From: an uncultured virus (IMG/VR IMGVR_UViG_3300042465_006498)
Taxonomy: Duplodnaviria > Heunggongvirae > Uroviricota > Caudoviricetes
Direction: 5' to 3' (one strand)
Virus record (IMG/VR): IMGVR_UViG_3300042465_006498
DNA: 64,000 bases
Shown: piece after piece, positions 10,194-20,976 of the stretch
How the letters are laid out: every line of letters begins with the position of its first letter
Position numbering within the stretch: position 1 is the first letter of the stretch
Notes under the pieces: generated by a model
Database searches by the model: none
What the model saw: the letters and a program-made list of their open reading frames with translations, nothing else
Told to the model about the DNA's origin: nothing
Made by a program: the position numbers and the translations under genes

Positions 10194-11204
10194 ATGGCAT
10201 CACTAGCAGACATCCGCGCACGTTTGGCAGCAGCCGAAAACAAAGGTTCTAACAACTCCCAAGGCGGAGGAGACCGATCAATTTACCCACACTGGAACAT
10301 GGAAGAAGGACAAAGTGCCTCGCTTCGATTTCTGGCTGATGGCAACTCCAAAAACACATTCTTCTGGATCGAACGTCAAATGATCCGACTGCCATTCAAC
10401 GGCGTCAAAGGCGAAATGGACTCCAAACAGGTCATGGTGCAGGTACCCTGCGTGGAAATGTGGAACGATGCTTGTCCAATCTTGGCCGAAGTTCGTGGCT
10501 GGTTCAAGGACAAGAGCCTGGAAGACATGGGTCGCAAGTACTGGAAGAAACGCAGTTACATTTTTCAAGGCTTTGTGCGCGAAAACCCCATTGCCGACGA
10601 CAAGACTCCGGACAATCCAATCCGCAAGTTCATCATTGGCCCACAGTTGTTTACTCTGATCAAGGCAGCCTTGATGGATCCAGAACTGGAAGAATTGCCA
10701 ACTGATACTCTGCGTGGTCTGGACTTCCGCATTGCCAAGACCTCCAAGGGTGGCTATGCTGACTACAACACATCAAAGTGGGCTCGCAAGGAATCAGCCT
10801 TGACCGAAACTGAACAGGCTGCTGTGGAAGCACATGGTTTGTTTGACTTGAGCACATTCTTGCCAAAGCGTCCTGGCGACGTGGAACTGCGTGTGATCAA
10901 GGAAATGTTCGAAGCAAGTGTGGATGGACAGCCGTATGATACCGAACGCTGGGGTCAGTACTTCCGTCCAGCAGGTGTCAACGCACCTGCTGGTGGTTCA
11001 CTCACAGTAGATGGACACGGAGATGCAAATGACACACCAGCCAAGCCAGCGGCACGTTCGGCACCGCCTGCAGACTTTGACGATGATGTTGCGGCAGCAG
11101 AAAAATCTTTTGCTGTTGAACCTGTTGCTGTTCCAAAATCAGCAGCTGGTGGCAATGCCCAAGACATCTTGGCCATGATCCGTGCTCGTCAAACCAAGCA
11201 GTAA
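10194..11204 (+). CDS. ssb: Single-stranded DNA-binding protein (T4 gp32-like)
   Basis: LRFLADG, CVEMW..CPI, YWKKRSY, GLDFRI.K...GYADY..SKW, acidic tail; upstream of uvsX. Confidence 0.85.
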   Translation: MASLADIRARLAAAENKGSNNSQGGGDRSIYPHWNMEEGQSASLRFLADGNSKNTFFWIERQMIRLPFNGVKGEMDSKQVMVQVPCVEMWNDACPILAEVRGWFKDKSLEDMGRKYWKKRSYIFQGFVRENPIADDKTPDNPIRKFIIGPQLFTLIKAALMDPELEELPTDTLRGLDFRIAKTSKGGYADYNTSKWARKESALTETEQAAVEAHGLFDLSTFLPKRPGDVELRVIKEMFEASVDGQPYDTERWGQYFRPAGVNAPAGGSLTVDGHGDANDTPAKPAARSAPPADFDDDVAAAEKSFAVEPVAVPKSAAGGNAQDILAMIRARQTKQ

Positions 11205-11212
11205 TTAAAAAC

Positions 11213-11234
11213 AACAAGGCCTTCGGGCCCTGTT
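11213..11234 (+). terminator. cUUCGg tetraloop hairpin after ssb (terminator or stabiliser)
   Basis: AACAAGGCC-TTCG-GGCCCTGTT; weak U tract. Confidence 0.6.
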
Positions 11235-11241
11235 CTAATTT

Positions 11242-12138
11242 ATGAGCTATTTGTTGGTGTTTAACAACTCTGGTGATGTTATTCCTTTTGATCCAGTCAA
11301 TCAAGAAGTGTTGGATTTTTACATTGATCAATTGACTTGTCAAGGGTTAAATAAATTTTTTCCAGTAGGTCAAAATTTGGGCAAGGCTATATCAAAAGAA
11401 ATCGATGCAATCAGATTGTCTATTCAACAAATAAATGAATGGTTGTTCGATTTAACAGATACTGAATTTAAGGTGTGTGATCCCGAAGGATATCTCGATC
11501 AACAGTTGTTGAATCATATTCACGCCCAATGGGTGCAAAGTCAATCAATACCGTATGATATACAGAAAAAAAGAAAACAATTTAACTATACTGGAATTGC
11601 AGAACAAATACATGATATATTTCCGGATGACATTCAAAATCCGCCGTTGGGTGTTGTGATAGAAAAAATTGGGAAGAAAAATATTTTTGATTCGTTAAAT
11701 AGTGCTCACGTACACATGATAGAATCACTATTCCATAACATAAAATATCAAGTAAGTAGTAACTGGACCAAAATTGCAGATAACCACTTTCCAAAAACCA
11801 TTCTCAATAACAACATATCAAATCTAAGCATACCTTTTAATCATCTAGGTAGAACATTGTACAATAAATTTGTAAACTTTGACCATGCACTTGAATGCAA
11901 CGATGAGAATTCATTCAATGAACTGTTAGGCAGCGTAGCGTTGAATCTACAACCATCTGAAACAATTGGATACAGCAGTGAATACTTAACATGGTGTAAG
12001 AGTCACAACAAAGAACCAATTGGAAACTTTTTAAATATTGGAAATATACCAAATCTCTATGAAAATCTCACAAAGTATCGTACAATAATTTTTAAAAATC
12101 TGTTAACAGGCAACAGTTTTTCAATTTATAAAACATAA
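11242..12138 (+). CDS. Hypothetical protein (AT-rich insertion)
   Basis: 298-aa ORF filling the ssb-uvsX gap; no motif recognised. Confidence 0.7.
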   Translation: MSYLLVFNNSGDVIPFDPVNQEVLDFYIDQLTCQGLNKFFPVGQNLGKAISKEIDAIRLSIQQINEWLFDLTDTEFKVCDPEGYLDQQLLNHIHAQWVQSQSIPYDIQKKRKQFNYTGIAEQIHDIFPDDIQNPPLGVVIEKIGKKNIFDSLNSAHVHMIESLFHNIKYQVSSNWTKIADNHFPKTILNNNISNLSIPFNHLGRTLYNKFVNFDHALECNDENSFNELLGSVALNLQPSETIGYSSEYLTWCKSHNKEPIGNFLNIGNIPNLYENLTKYRTIIFKNLLTGNSFSIYKT

Positions 12139-12147
12139 GGAAACACC

Positions 12148-13206
12148 ATGGGCAAACCATTTGATATCTCAAAATTCCGCAAGGACATCACAAAAAGCAT
12201 CCAGGGACTCAGCATTGGATTTAACGATCCCACAGACTGGATCAGCACTGGCAACTATGCATTGAATTATCTTATCTCAGGAGACTTTGACAAAGGTATT
12301 CCACTGGGTAAAGTAACAGTGTTTGCTGGTGAATCAGGGGCCGGCAAGAGCTACATCTGCAGTGGCAACATTGTAAAGAACGCACAAGATCAAGGCATCT
12401 TTGTTATCCTTGTTGACACAGAAAACGCACTTGACGAATCTTGGCTACACGCACTTGGGGTCAACACAGGCCCAGACAAGTTGCTCAAGCTCAACATGAG
12501 CATGATTGATGACGTGGCCAAGGCAATTTCCACATTCATGACAGACTACAAAGCACTACCAGACGAAGAACGCATGAAAGTGCTGTGGGTCATTGATTCA
12601 TTGGGCATGCTGCTGACTCCCACTGACGTTAATCAGTTCGAAGCAGGTGACATGAAAGGTGACATGGGCCGCAAACCCAAGGCACTGACAAGTCTTGTTC
12701 GTAACTCTGTCAACATGTTTGGTAGTTACAATGTGGGCCTGGTTTGTACCAATCACACTTACGCCAGCCAAGACATGTTTGATCCCGATGACAAGATCTC
12801 CGGTGGTCAAGGGTTTATCTACGCAAGCAGTATTGTGGTTGCCATGAAGAAAATGAAACTCAAAGAAGATGAAGATGGCAACAAAATTACCGATGTCATG
12901 GGCATCCGTGCAGGTTGCAAAGTGATGAAAACACGCTATGCCAAACCTTTTGAAGGCATGCAGGTCAAAATTCCTTACTCAAGTGGCATGAGCCCACATT
13001 CAGGTCTAACTGACTTGATTGAGAAAAAAGGCCTGCTCAAGAAAGAAGGCAACAGCCTGGTGTTTACCACCAGCGATGGCGAAATCATCAAGAAGTTCCG
13101 CAAAGGATGGGAACGCAACGACGACGGTTGCTTGGATGTGGTTATGAAAGATTTTGGCAATCAAAAGGGTGAGGTAACTACTACAGATGAGGAGACAGCA
13201 GAATGA
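12148..13206 (+). CDS. uvsX: RecA/UvsX-like recombinase
   Basis: GESGAGKS Walker A, DTENA, VIDSLG, TNHTY, SGGQG; AAGGA RBS. Confidence 0.93.
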   Translation: MGKPFDISKFRKDITKSIQGLSIGFNDPTDWISTGNYALNYLISGDFDKGIPLGKVTVFAGESGAGKSYICSGNIVKNAQDQGIFVILVDTENALDESWLHALGVNTGPDKLLKLNMSMIDDVAKAISTFMTDYKALPDEERMKVLWVIDSLGMLLTPTDVNQFEAGDMKGDMGRKPKALTSLVRNSVNMFGSYNVGLVCTNHTYASQDMFDPDDKISGGQGFIYASSIVVAMKKMKLKEDEDGNKITDVMGIRAGCKVMKTRYAKPFEGMQVKIPYSSGMSPHSGLTDLIEKKGLLKKEGNSLVFTTSDGEIIKKFRKGWERNDDGCLDVVMKDFGNQKGEVTTTDEETAE

Positions 13207-13466
13207 GTACAGATGTAGCAGCAGAAATTTGGGGCGAACTTCGTCGTTATGTAAACGTGGTGGACCGTGACGAAGCAGCTGAAACTGTGGTTGCTGTCCT
13301 GATCGACAACGACTATGACGCAGATCAAATTCGTAACGTTTTCAAAGGCGATGCTGAAATTAAACGTGCATTGGCCGCGTATGTCAACCGTGACGTAGAA
13401 GAAGTCCCCGAAGACGACTACGAAGAAGAGTCAGACATTGACGAAGATGAACGCTGGGAAAACTAA
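13203..13466 (+). CDS. Small acidic hypothetical protein
   Basis: ATGA overlap with uvsX; GGAG RBS. Confidence 0.75.
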   Translation: MSTDVAAEIWGELRRYVNVVDRDEAAETVVAVLIDNDYDADQIRNVFKGDAEIKRALAAYVNRDVEEVPEDDYEEESDIDEDERWEN

Positions 13467-13918
13467 TGTGGTACAATCGTGTTGTTGCTGACCTGGGAAA
13501 GATTCCTGATTTCATTGCTCACTACGAGCAAGAGCTGGACCTTGCCCGCCGCGACTGCAAGATTGGTGGTATAGTTGAGCACAGAATCAAAGAACTACCA
13601 GGCATCACTGAGCAACGGTTCAACCAGCTGCAAGAAATTGAAGCGGTGTTGAACTATCTCAACATTCAACTGCGCAAGATTCGTCGCCGCCATTTTCAAA
13701 AGTATCTAGAAGGATATGCTCGTGCGCTGACTTCTAGAGATGCTGAAAAATATGTGGATGGCGAAGATGAAGTGGTTGACTTTGAAACCATTATCAACGA
13801 AGTTGCCTTGTTACGCAACAAGTGGTTGGGTATCATGAAAGGCTTGGACAGCAAGCAATGGATGGCCGGGCACATTGTGAGACTACGTGCTGCTGGCATG
13901 GAAGATATTTCAGTCTAG
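13466..13918 (+). CDS. uvsY: Recombination mediator, UvsY-like
   Basis: 150-aa helical protein after uvsX; KYVDGEDEV...KGLDSKQW...VRLR pattern typical of UvsY. Confidence 0.7.
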   Translation: MWYNRVVADLGKIPDFIAHYEQELDLARRDCKIGGIVEHRIKELPGITEQRFNQLQEIEAVLNYLNIQLRKIRRRHFQKYLEGYARALTSRDAEKYVDGEDEVVDFETIINEVALLRNKWLGIMKGLDSKQWMAGHIVRLRAAGMEDISV

Positions 13919-13942
13919 TGCTTGGCCACTGTAAATACCAGT

Positions 13943-14701
13943 ATGAAAATTGTATTAGTAACTGGGGGTTTTGATCCTGTGCATTCAGGGCATATTGCTT
14001 ATTTTACCGCTGCTAGAGAGCTAGGTGACAAACTGTATGTTGGACTCAACAGCGATGCTTGGTTGCAGCGCAAAAAAGGGTCAGCATTTATGCCTTGGTC
14101 TGAACGTGCTGCTGTTGTAGCAGCCATGCATGTGGTTGATCGAGTAATTGAATTTGATGACACTGACGGATCAAGTTGTGCTGCAATTGAAGCAGTAAAA
14201 CAACTGCATCCTGATCATGAAATCATCTTTGCCAACGGAGGCGATCGTACAGCGGTCAACATTCCTGAAATGGCAGTGCAAGATGTGATCTTTAAATTTG
14301 GTGTAGGCGGCGAAGATAAAAAGAATTCCAGCAGTTGGATCTTGCAGGAATGGAAGGCACCCCAAACCAGTCGTGCTTGGGGATATTATCGTGTGCTGCA
14401 CGAAGTGGGAGCCAACACCAAACTCAAAGAGCTCACGGTCATGCCCCGGACTTGTTTGAGCATGCAACGACACTATAAACGACAAGAATTTTGGTTTGTG
14501 GCCCAAGGCACCGCCACAGTGTACACACTGGACGAACCCAGCACAGATCAAGATGTCAAGTGTTATCTAGATGTGCATGAACACACTTTTATTGAATGCT
14601 GTGAATGGCATCAGTTGTGCAACGAAACTGATCAACCACTAAAGCTGATTGAGATTCAGTACGGCGAAGATTGTGCGGAAGAGGATATTGAACGAAAATG
14701 A
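13943..14701 (+). CDS. Cytidylyltransferase-family (RfaE/TagD-like) domain fused to mannose-6-phosphate isomerase type II-like cupin
   Basis: TGGFDPVHSGH (HxGH), VGLNSD, ANGGDR; C-terminal RAWGYYRVL...LSMQRH...IEIQYG. Confidence 0.85.
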   Translation: MKIVLVTGGFDPVHSGHIAYFTAARELGDKLYVGLNSDAWLQRKKGSAFMPWSERAAVVAAMHVVDRVIEFDDTDGSSCAAIEAVKQLHPDHEIIFANGGDRTAVNIPEMAVQDVIFKFGVGGEDKKNSSSWILQEWKAPQTSRAWGYYRVLHEVGANTKLKELTVMPRTCLSMQRHYKRQEFWFVAQGTATVYTLDEPSTDQDVKCYLDVHEHTFIECCEWHQLCNETDQPLKLIEIQYGEDCAEEDIERK

Positions 14702-15387
14702 AAAATATCATACCTGTATTTGTGGGCTACGACCCTAGAGAAGCGGTTGCATATCACACTTGTGTAAACAGTATCATACGCAACAGTTCACAACCTGTGG
14801 CCATTGTGCCTGTGGCCTTGAATCTGTTCCGAGACTACGCAGAAACACACACAGACGGATCAAACCATTTTATCTACACACGCTTTCTTGTGCCATATCT
14901 GATGGAGTACACTGGGCATGCTATTTTTATTGACGGTGACATGATTGTGCGTGGAGACATTGCAGAACTCTGGAACTTGCGAGATGTGTACAAAGATGTA
15001 CAAGTGGTCAAACATGACTACAAAACATGTATGCCTGTGAAATACCTAGGAGCAAAAAATGAAGACTATCCTCGAAAAAATTGGAGTAGTGTTATTCTGT
15101 GGAATTGTAATAGCTTTCCTAACAGGCGACTTACTCCCGAGTTCGTCCAACGAAGCACCGGTAGTGAGCTCCACCGCTTCTCGTGGATAGAAAATGAACG
15201 CATTGGCGAATTACCGCCAGAATGGAACTGGTTACCAGATGAATACGGGCCAAATACCAACGCCAAGTTACTGCATTACACACTTGGTACGCCATGCTTT
15301 CAGGAGTTTGCCGACACGCCACAAGGCAACGAGTGGCACCGGGAACGCATACTCACCGAATATTGTCAACAACGTAATATAGAATGA
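14698..15387 (+). CDS. GT-A glycosyltransferase (GT8-like)
   Basis: VGYDPRE, FIYTRFLVP, IDGDM (DxD), NWSSV, EWNWL, LHYTLG. Confidence 0.8.
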   Translation: MKNIIPVFVGYDPREAVAYHTCVNSIIRNSSQPVAIVPVALNLFRDYAETHTDGSNHFIYTRFLVPYLMEYTGHAIFIDGDMIVRGDIAELWNLRDVYKDVQVVKHDYKTCMPVKYLGAKNEDYPRKNWSSVILWNCNSFPNRRLTPEFVQRSTGSELHRFSWIENERIGELPPEWNWLPDEYGPNTNAKLLHYTLGTPCFQEFADTPQGNEWHRERILTEYCQQRNIE

Positions 15388-16370
15388 CCGAGCATGAATT
15401 ACCAGACGATGACTGGGTAGACCCGACTCAGTCCCTGCCACTGAGCATATTTGATCAGGCACCACCGGACGTGAAAGCACTGTTTGAAAACATGCTGAAA
15501 TACCGTGTGGATCCTGCAGGATCAGTGTATGGGATTACCTTGCCGGTTCTGACACAACAGCTGGCTGAATTGCCTGTGAGCAATATAGTAAGTACAGACA
15601 GTGAATACAGATACGAAAGAAAGGGTCACATGTACGATCCCATACTACAAAGTTTTGTGCAAGGTGCTGGTGGCCAAATCAGCAATTGGACCAAAGAAGA
15701 ATTCAACACAACACCGGTTGTGTTACGCGGTATTACCAAACGTAAACAAATGCAGTCCTGCAAAGATGCTGGTAGAGACTTTTATTATATTGACACAGGA
15801 TATTTTGGCAATGGCAAGAAGAAAACATTTCATCGCATAACCAAAAACGATGTACAATGGTTTGGTGACATTGTGGAAAGACCCGGAGACCGACTGGAAA
15901 AAACTGGTGTTAAAATTGCAAAAATGCGAAGAGGAAGAAATATCTTGATTGCTCCTCCCAGTCAAAAGCTATTGAACAATTATGATATTGTTCTTGAAGA
16001 GTGGTTGGAAAAAGTACTGGCAGAAATACAGGCGCACACTGACCGACCTGTTGTGATTCGTACCAAACAAAGCCGAAGTACCAGGGTCAATGACGACACC
16101 ATGGAAATGGCCCTGAGTCAGGATGTGCATTGTTTGGTCACATTCAGCAGTATTGCAGCTGGAGAAGCCCTGCTGCTGGGCAAACCAGCAATTACACTGG
16201 GTCCAAATGCTGCTGGTCCGTTATGCAGTCACAGCATTAGTGAAATTGAAAATCCACATATCCCCACTCTAGATGAAGTTGGTGCCTGGGCACGTCATTT
16301 GGCCTATTGTCAGTTTACTGAAATAGAAATGCGTGATGGCACAGCATGGCGTATCTTGAACCATGGTTGA
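15384..16370 (+). CDS. Putative GT-B glycosyltransferase, capsule-biosynthesis (KpsC/KpsS)-like
   Basis: IDTGYF, TFSSIAAGEALLLGKP, LAYCQF..E..DG; clear paralogue of 21610-22422. Confidence 0.55.
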   Translation: MTEHELPDDDWVDPTQSLPLSIFDQAPPDVKALFENMLKYRVDPAGSVYGITLPVLTQQLAELPVSNIVSTDSEYRYERKGHMYDPILQSFVQGAGGQISNWTKEEFNTTPVVLRGITKRKQMQSCKDAGRDFYYIDTGYFGNGKKKTFHRITKNDVQWFGDIVERPGDRLEKTGVKIAKMRRGRNILIAPPSQKLLNNYDIVLEEWLEKVLAEIQAHTDRPVVIRTKQSRSTRVNDDTMEMALSQDVHCLVTFSSIAAGEALLLGKPAITLGPNAAGPLCSHSISEIENPHIPTLDEVGAWARHLAYCQFTEIEMRDGTAWRILNHG

Positions 16371-17286
16371 TGTGGTTGTTTATGCATCCAGTGTGGCCAA
16401 TGCACACAAACACGAGCGCAAGGTAGCATGTCTTGAAAATTTTGCTCAAGGGGTACAAGCTATTGGGCACAGCGCAATTGTGGATTGGGACTACAAGTAT
16501 CAGCCCGCAAAGCTGGCAGTGATACTGGGCTGGGCCACAACAAACACAGGTGGTAAAAATATCACGCTAAGAAAACAAGTCATTGCTGAACAACAAAGAC
16601 GTGGGTTCCGTACCATGTGCATTGATGCCAGTTGCTTCAAGTATCTAGACAATACCGGCACATATCTTCGATACAGCCTGGGAGGTCCGTTTTATGATCG
16701 TGCTGAGTATGCAAACCGTAATAGTAATTCCGTCAAGTGGCAAGAGATACAGCAGCAGCTGGGTATCACAATGAAGCCATCTCGAACACATGATGGGCAT
16801 GTTCTAATAGGCATGCAACGTGACGGCGGATTTAGTATGAAGACCCTGGATCCTGTAACATGGTTGGTCAACAAGATTCATGAACTACGAAAGTACACCA
16901 CAAGAGAGATTGTGATACGGCCACATCCTGGCAAGTTTGACATGGCAGATTTTGCCAAGTTTCAAAGCAAAGAATACGTTAGACAGCATGTGCGTGTAAT
17001 AAATCCACTCGAAACAACACTGCTGGAGAATTTGCAATCGGCTCATGCAGCAGTATTTTTCAACAGCAGTGCCAGTGTTGCTGCTGTGCTAGAAGGTGTG
17101 CCAGTCTGGGTAGATGATGCCAGTGCAGTTACCCAGACAGTGGCACATCATGATATGAGCACTATTGAATCACCACAACAATTTAGCACAGATCAGTGGA
17201 TACATGATCTAGCCACAGCACACTGGAGTGACCAGGATGGCAAAACTGGTCTTATCTATCAAAAGTTCTTGCCCTATTTAAATTAA
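16363..17286 (+). CDS. Putative GT-B glycosyltransferase, capsule-biosynthesis-like
   Basis: IVIRPHP, FNSSASVAAVLEGVP motifs. Confidence 0.55.
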   Translation: MVDVVVYASSVANAHKHERKVACLENFAQGVQAIGHSAIVDWDYKYQPAKLAVILGWATTNTGGKNITLRKQVIAEQQRRGFRTMCIDASCFKYLDNTGTYLRYSLGGPFYDRAEYANRNSNSVKWQEIQQQLGITMKPSRTHDGHVLIGMQRDGGFSMKTLDPVTWLVNKIHELRKYTTREIVIRPHPGKFDMADFAKFQSKEYVRQHVRVINPLETTLLENLQSAHAAVFFNSSASVAAVLEGVPVWVDDASAVTQTVAHHDMSTIESPQQFSTDQWIHDLATAHWSDQDGKTGLIYQKFLPYLN

Positions 17287-17867
17287 ACAAACAAACAACA
17301 AAAGCATCCAGGCGAGTCGTATATTGTAGACATATTGAGACGAAAGTGATTGCGATATCCCAGGCGGTTAAATATTTCTATCCAATCTTGATCAGTTTTA
17401 CAGTTGATATGAGTGGGATCACGTCGTGATATTTCTAGATGAAACTGGTCAGGTTGTTCCTCAACCGCACATGGTATTCTAACCAATATCTTGTCAAGGT
17501 TAAGTTGGTCAAACAATTCAATTATTTGTTGATCGGTCATGTGTTCAAGCACGTCTAAGAAAATGCCCAGGTCAAATGTTCCCCGGGCGTGATCTAGTAT
17601 GTTGCATCCGGCAAGGCGGGCCTGTATCACAGCCCAGTCTGATATGTCATAGCCCGATACATTTTTGAATCCAATTTTTTCAAATCCCTTGATCAAGAAT
17701 CCCAGGCTGCATCCATAGTCTAAAATTTTTGATTCAGAATCAACCAGACTGAATTTATGAAATACTTGTTGTATTTCTTCAGCAGTTTTTACATATCTTT
17801 CACGTTTGGAAAAATAATCCACATAATTGTTGGTCCGATAGTACTGCTCGTCAAACACCTGCGTCAT
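17283..17867 (-). CDS. Class I SAM-dependent methyltransferase
   Basis: ILDYGCSLG, GYDIS, DVLEH. Confidence 0.85.
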   Translation of the reverse strand: MTQVFDEQYYRTNNYVDYFSKRERYVKTAEEIQQVFHKFSLVDSESKILDYGCSLGFLIKGFEKIGFKNVSGYDISDWAVIQARLAGCNILDHARGTFDLGIFLDVLEHMTDQQIIELFDQLNLDKILVRIPCAVEEQPDQFHLEISRRDPTHINCKTDQDWIEIFNRLGYRNHFRLNMSTIYDSPGCFCCLFV

Positions 17868-18967
17868 GGAAAATTCCGATCAGGCATTTGTTGTGCAACC
17901 GTATGTAAAATTTTATTATTGAATTTGTAGTAGCAGTACTTGCAACTGTTGGTCCAGTTCTGCCCACAATTATTTTTTACCTCGTATGGATAACCTCGAG
18001 TGGCGTAGTTTTCACTGAGTTTTTGCCACGTGGGAATAATGTTATCTACATCACACAATGAGTAGTCTAAATCATAATTTTGTTTGTTCAACACATGACT
18101 GGTACAGGTGTACACTTGATATTTTCCAGTGCCGTGTGGATCTGGTGCCACGTATGGTCTAATCATGCCCACATAACAACCATCCTCAAACGGTGAATCG
18201 TCCTCACCAATGTCCTTGATAAAAATTTTATTTAAAGTATCAATTTCATCAATCACCTGTTTGAATTGAGTTCTAACTTGCGCATTGTTGCCTTTGATCA
18301 AACAGTTGCCTGCAATCCTGACAAATTTAAGATCAGGATGTAATTCTAGCACTCGAGCAATGCGTCGGATTGTCTCAACGTCAGTGGGTTTGTAGGGCTT
18401 GCCAAGTCTGTTGCCAGTTCCGGTATCGCCTTCGTATATGATGTATGACAGTCCCATTTTCTCAGCAGGAAATCCGCAGAAGTCAAAATCCTCAGGATCG
18501 TATCCTTCATCCAGTTTGATCAAACTGACTCGTATCCAGTTGATCTTGTCAAAATTTTCTGGTTTTAGTCTTGACAGTTTTAATGTATTTGTTATGATAC
18601 CAATGTCGTAGCCCAGTTCATGTGCATACTCAACAATGCTGTTGATATCATCTTTGGTATCCTTGTCACGGTAGATAAGTGGTTCACCACCACCAGTGAT
18701 TTCCACACTCTTGGCACCTAGAGTTCGAAAATCACGCAATACTTGTTTGATCTTTTCAAATGGCATGTAAGACTTCAGCGGACGTTCTGCCACACTACAA
18801 AACGGGCACCCACTGGAACAAACTTCACATGGCGATAGTTGAATTGTGATGGGTTTGAATTTCTTATCGTGTTGAATGCTGTGTAGCACGTCGGTGTGTT
18901 GCAACAGTTTGTCGCCCCAGGTGCTAAATTTTTGTGTCAGCACAATGTGTTTATTCTTGTCTTGCAT
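17864..18967 (-). CDS. Radical SAM protein with C-terminal SPASM/Twitch-like Cys
   Basis: CSSGCPFC, TGGGEP, IITN; C-terminal C...C...CKYC. Confidence 0.85.
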   Translation of the reverse strand: MQDKNKHIVLTQKFSTWGDKLLQHTDVLHSIQHDKKFKPITIQLSPCEVCSSGCPFCSVAERPLKSYMPFEKIKQVLRDFRTLGAKSVEITGGGEPLIYRDKDTKDDINSIVEYAHELGYDIGIITNTLKLSRLKPENFDKINWIRVSLIKLDEGYDPEDFDFCGFPAEKMGLSYIIYEGDTGTGNRLGKPYKPTDVETIRRIARVLELHPDLKFVRIAGNCLIKGNNAQVRTQFKQVIDEIDTLNKIFIKDIGEDDSPFEDGCYVGMIRPYVAPDPHGTGKYQVYTCTSHVLNKQNYDLDYSLCDVDNIIPTWQKLSENYATRGYPYEVKNNCGQNWTNSCKYCYYKFNNKILHTVAQQMPDRNFP

Positions 18968-19703
18968 GTTCTATTCCTTTTCCTGTGTGTGGGTTGGGTG
19001 ACTGTTTTGAAGTTGACATTTCCCCGATAATCTTTCGGCTTTTCATAACAGGATGTAATCTTGCCACAGATGGTATGCATACTTTCACATCCAGTACAAT
19101 TGTGCCCATTTGATTGTCGGTGGCACGAAATCCGTGTTCGTACACATAATCAATTAGTTTTTTTGCCCCTTGTGGTTTAATGATATAAGCATACACCCCG
19201 GTACTGTAAACTCCTGCATGTTTTTTACTCTTTAAGGCGTCACTATATCCAGTTAATTCTGGAATATCAATAATTGAATGAACAGTCACTGGTGCCGTCA
19301 ATTCTTTTTCTATTACAGCATCATAGCCGCCATTGGTTTTCATATAAGGACTAACACAGTCCAGTTTGCACACGTCATCAAATTGATCAAAAATATTTTC
19401 AGGGATTTCTCGCATGAGCCAACCGTCATGTTCCAACACAAGGTATGGTTCGTTATCTTTGACACAGGCCATCCACAAGTAAAAATGGCTTAGAAAGTTG
19501 CCATAGTGCCCCAGGGTCATTTTGCTTAGTTTTTGTTTGCCTAGTTTGATTTTGAGTTTTTTTAAATGTTGTTCGTAGTCTCGCCCCCAGATGGCTTCAA
19601 ATATTTCTACATTGATTCCAACCTTGGCTGCTTGCTCTCTACACTCAGCCGACAACTGTTCGGACATTTCGTGTCCTAACATAGTAATAATAAATGATTT
19701 CAT
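18951..19703 (-). CDS. Glycosyltransferase family 25-like
   Basis: FEAIWG, GNFLSHFYLW, LVLEHD, AYIIKPQGAKKL. Confidence 0.75.
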   Translation of the reverse strand: MKSFIITMLGHEMSEQLSAECREQAAKVGINVEIFEAIWGRDYEQHLKKLKIKLGKQKLSKMTLGHYGNFLSHFYLWMACVKDNEPYLVLEHDGWLMREIPENIFDQFDDVCKLDCVSPYMKTNGGYDAVIEKELTAPVTVHSIIDIPELTGYSDALKSKKHAGVYSTGVYAYIIKPQGAKKLIDYVYEHGFRATDNQMGTIVLDVKVCIPSVARLHPVMKSRKIIGEMSTSKQSPNPHTGKGIEHARQE

Positions 19704-20353
19704 CTGTAAATTGCCTCTACGTATTGGTATTTGTCAGTCCAGGAGTTGGGAATGTCGTTCCAGGTAGTATTTAACTGATCGTCTAGCCACCCAGGATAGT
19801 GCGAGCGATCTTTCCACCACCAAAACAGATCACTGCCACTCCAGTTCTTGAAATACCTGCGAAAGAACTCACGTGTTCTTGGCTCACGAAAATGTGCAGG
19901 ATCGTACATGGCTTTTTTGCCCTTGGCAGGACGTTGAAAATTCAAGCCGACAAAACAAAACTTATCAGCATATGATTCCAGTTGTTTTGCAACCCAATTC
20001 AGATCATCGTCTGGAATACTGTTTAGAACCTGTGTGCAAATAACACCGTCAAACTTTGTGCCTGCAGGAGGCGGCGTTTCCGATCCTGCCACACAAGGAT
20101 CATAGCGATACACACTAACACCCAGATAGGCATCAAACGTTTGCCAGTTGTGTTCTCCGGCATAGGGAAGAGGATCAGTGTATTGTTGACCTTTGCCGCA
20201 GCCATAATCCAGTATGGTTTGAGCACCATAGTGATCCACTAGATCCTTGATACAATTTTGATATTTGACCACATCATAGCCTGCCCAACTTTTATTGCTC
20301 TCCTGGAACTCACGACCTAGACGAACTGATTCTGCATAGTACGCACTTGTCAT
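19700..20353 (-). CDS. Class I SAM-dependent methyltransferase
   Basis: ILDYGCGKG, YDP, FDGVICTQVL. Confidence 0.8.
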   Translation of the reverse strand: MTSAYYAESVRLGREFQESNKSWAGYDVVKYQNCIKDLVDHYGAQTILDYGCGKGQQYTDPLPYAGEHNWQTFDAYLGVSVYRYDPCVAGSETPPPAGTKFDGVICTQVLNSIPDDDLNWVAKQLESYADKFCFVGLNFQRPAKGKKAMYDPAHFREPRTREFFRRYFKNWSGSDLFWWWKDRSHYPGWLDDQLNTTWNDIPNSWTDKYQYVEAIYR

Positions 20354-20976
20354 AGCAACTTTATCTCTACTGTCGCTCTTTTTTTACCACCGGCGTTTGA
20401 AACCACATTCACAATCTCAAAACCGTCTACGCCAATGAAATTGGTTGATGTGCCTTTGCATCTGATGTCCAGGATGATTCTGGTATTTTCATGCGAATGC
20501 CGTTTCATAAGATCTATGTAGGTTTTTACAGGATAGTGATGTCCGCAACTGAGCCATGATGTGATAACATCAAATTTTACGTCACTGGGTATGTTGATAT
20601 TGTTGGCATCAACAAGGTGATAATTTGTTGTACCTAGTTCTTGCAGTTTGGCATCCAAGAAATCAAATGTGTGATAAAACTTTAGTTCACCAGGGTCTGT
20701 GTTCCAGTTGCCGTAACTGGCAGACTCAGGTTTGCTAGCATTGGTGCTGGCATCGCCGTCCAGCAACCAAAGTTCTGTGCCATACTTTTGACCAAACCAT
20801 CTTGCATCCCAGGCAAAGCCGCAGCCAATGTCCAACAGTCGCCCTATAGGTTGATTCAAGTAAGCATCCACAGTTTCAAAGTTTACTCTGCGTTTGGCAA
20901 TGTATTTGTCAGTGGTCCACTTGCGTGACCATTGCGCCGAATCATGCGCTCCTTTGTCTGGATCTTCTATTGCCAT
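20350..20976 (-). CDS. Class I SAM-dependent methyltransferase
   Basis: LLDIGCG, FDVITS; start uncertain (20976 or 20988). Confidence 0.75.
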   Translation of the reverse strand: MAIEDPDKGAHDSAQWSRKWTTDKYIAKRRVNFETVDAYLNQPIGRLLDIGCGFAWDARWFGQKYGTELWLLDGDASTNASKPESASYGNWNTDPGELKFYHTFDFLDAKLQELGTTNYHLVDANNINIPSDVKFDVITSWLSCGHHYPVKTYIDLMKRHSHENTRIILDIRCKGTSTNFIGVDGFEIVNVVSNAGGKKRATVEIKLL